Origin: Octopus bimaculoides
Lineage: Eukaryota
Direction of reading: 5' to 3'
Length of the DNA stretch: 64,000 bases
NCBI RefSeq assembly: GCF_001194135.2
Contig: NC_068992.1
Coordinates: 27,601,650-27,665,649, forward strand
Of the stretch, positions 62,523 through 64,000 are shown piece by piece. Numbering within the stretch: the first letter of the stretch is position 1; the number at the start of each line of letters is the position of its first letter. The notes beneath the pieces were generated by a model. That model saw only the letters and a program-made list of their open reading frames with translations, did not search any database and was not told the DNA's origin. Both the position numbers and the translations under genes were made by a program.

Positions 62523-63282
62523 ACTAGAAGTAATGCAAACATTTTTTTAATAGCCAAAGGTCCAACATATAAGAAGACAAAGCTTTCAAGTGCTATTGAC
62601 ATTGATGATAATTTGCACAAATCAGCAAGATATCCACTCATAAATTGATAATCACATAGTTTCAGATATGGTGTGTATATACAACAATCCCAATTTTTAC
62701 TTCAAATAATCACAACCATAGAATGCTATCTTGTAACCTTATATTTATTATCTCAAAGCAAAGATTTTAATAATTTTCTGATAAGAAAGAAAAATACTGT
62801 CTAAATAACAAAAATATTTGTAAATGTATGAGAAAAGTCAAATATAATTAACACAAAATTTATCCCGTTTGAGTTTTCAAAAAGCCAACTCCCTAATAAT
62901 TCAGTCAGTTGGAAAACACTATCTTCTATATGTGTACATATATTTCTAAAATACTGAAGTTTTGATCTTCAATTTTTTTTTTTCAAATATATCAGTATCT
63001 ACTCTTGTTTTCTTTCAGTTAAAATTATGTCAAAAATCATATTTGCCTACCATCTTTTAAATTAATAAAATAAGTAACAGTAACAAACTGTTCAAGTAAT
63101 TTTACATCCTCTCCTACAAGAAGAAATGAATATTATTTTGAATGTCCTTTAAATTAAGATTTTCATAGTTTTCTGGTAATAATAAATTTAATTATCTGAA
63201 AAGAAATAGTGACAAAAAGAGAACCTAACAATACATAACAGCTAGTTGAGTAAAATCAGAAACTTGAAAAAATGCATTAAAT

Positions 63283-63467
63283 AGCCATGCTACATGGCAG
63301 TGAAACATGGGCCGTGACTGCTGAGGACATGCATAAGCTTGCAAGGAATGAAGCCAGTATGCTCTGCTGAATGTGTAATGTCAGTGTGCATACACGACAG
63401 AGTGTAAGCACCCTGAGAGAAAAGTTGGATTTAAGAAGCATCAGATGTGGCATGCAAGAGAGACAAC
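63283..63467 (+). mobile_element. RTE LINE internal fragment
   Basis: AMLHGSETWAVTAEDMHKLARNEASMLC*MCNVSVHTRQSVSTLREKLDLRSIRCGMQER, closely matching 25405-25590. Confidence 0.9.
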
Positions 63468-64000
63468 CTGGCACTTCACATCACAAGTTATAAACAGATC
63501 ACATCCAATGACCACCTACACAATGAAATAAAGATGCAAAAGGAGAAAGGCCACCAGGACATGCAAAGAGCACAATTTACCATAGTAAATTCCAACCCTC
63601 ACTGTTCCTGAAACTACTCAAAAAAATCACATCTAAACAACCAGATATCCTAAAAAATCCTATCATTTCCACTCAACCGAGACACATAAACATAAATAAA
63701 TGCAGTATCAATAATCCCATAGGCTCCAGGCATTGTGCTAGGATATACACCACCAATGATAAGTGCAGAGGAAGGGTCTACTGTATCTTCCACCAGAATT
63801 TACAGGTATACAGAGCTATGAGGAGAGCCTCTGTCTGGTTATTTTATCTGCTAGAAATAGTAACCAAATTTTCAAGTCACATTGCCTGTCTAAATAACAT
63901 ATTTATCTTTTAAAAAAGGAAACACACTGGATAGTGTAGTCCCTGATATATACATGTAAAAAAAAAAAGATATGATAATGGTTGCAATATCTTTGACCAT

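Overview
AT-rich, repeat-dense animal genomic DNA with six assembly gaps. The repeat repertoire (tRNA-derived SINEs, RTE LINE tails ending in (GAT)n, TTAA-bounded MITEs, long TA/CA/TACA tracts) resembles octopus; that assignment is my recognition, not a search result. Most sequence is intronic and filled with decayed elements: RTE, CR1-like and R4/Dong-like LINEs, mariner and DD37D(maT)-like transposons, a Ty3/gypsy gag-protease remnant, a Helitron remnant with STPR repeats, and many SINEs and MITEs. Manual splice-site reading gives a phase-compatible chain of short + strand exons (about 33.1-62.5 kb) encoding a protein I do not recognise. A probable - strand gene has an ATG-bearing exon at 61812-62057 inside the last intron of that chain, so the two genes may be interleaved. 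The most striking non-coding signal is a Penelope-type minimal hammerhead ribozyme with an intact catalytic core (59390-59471, - strand). A related, degenerate hammerhead-like module sits in the tail of a tRNA-derived SINE pair (8625-9108). Several long hairpins and inverted duplications are also present. Exon calls rest on splice signals and phase logic only and need RNA evidence.
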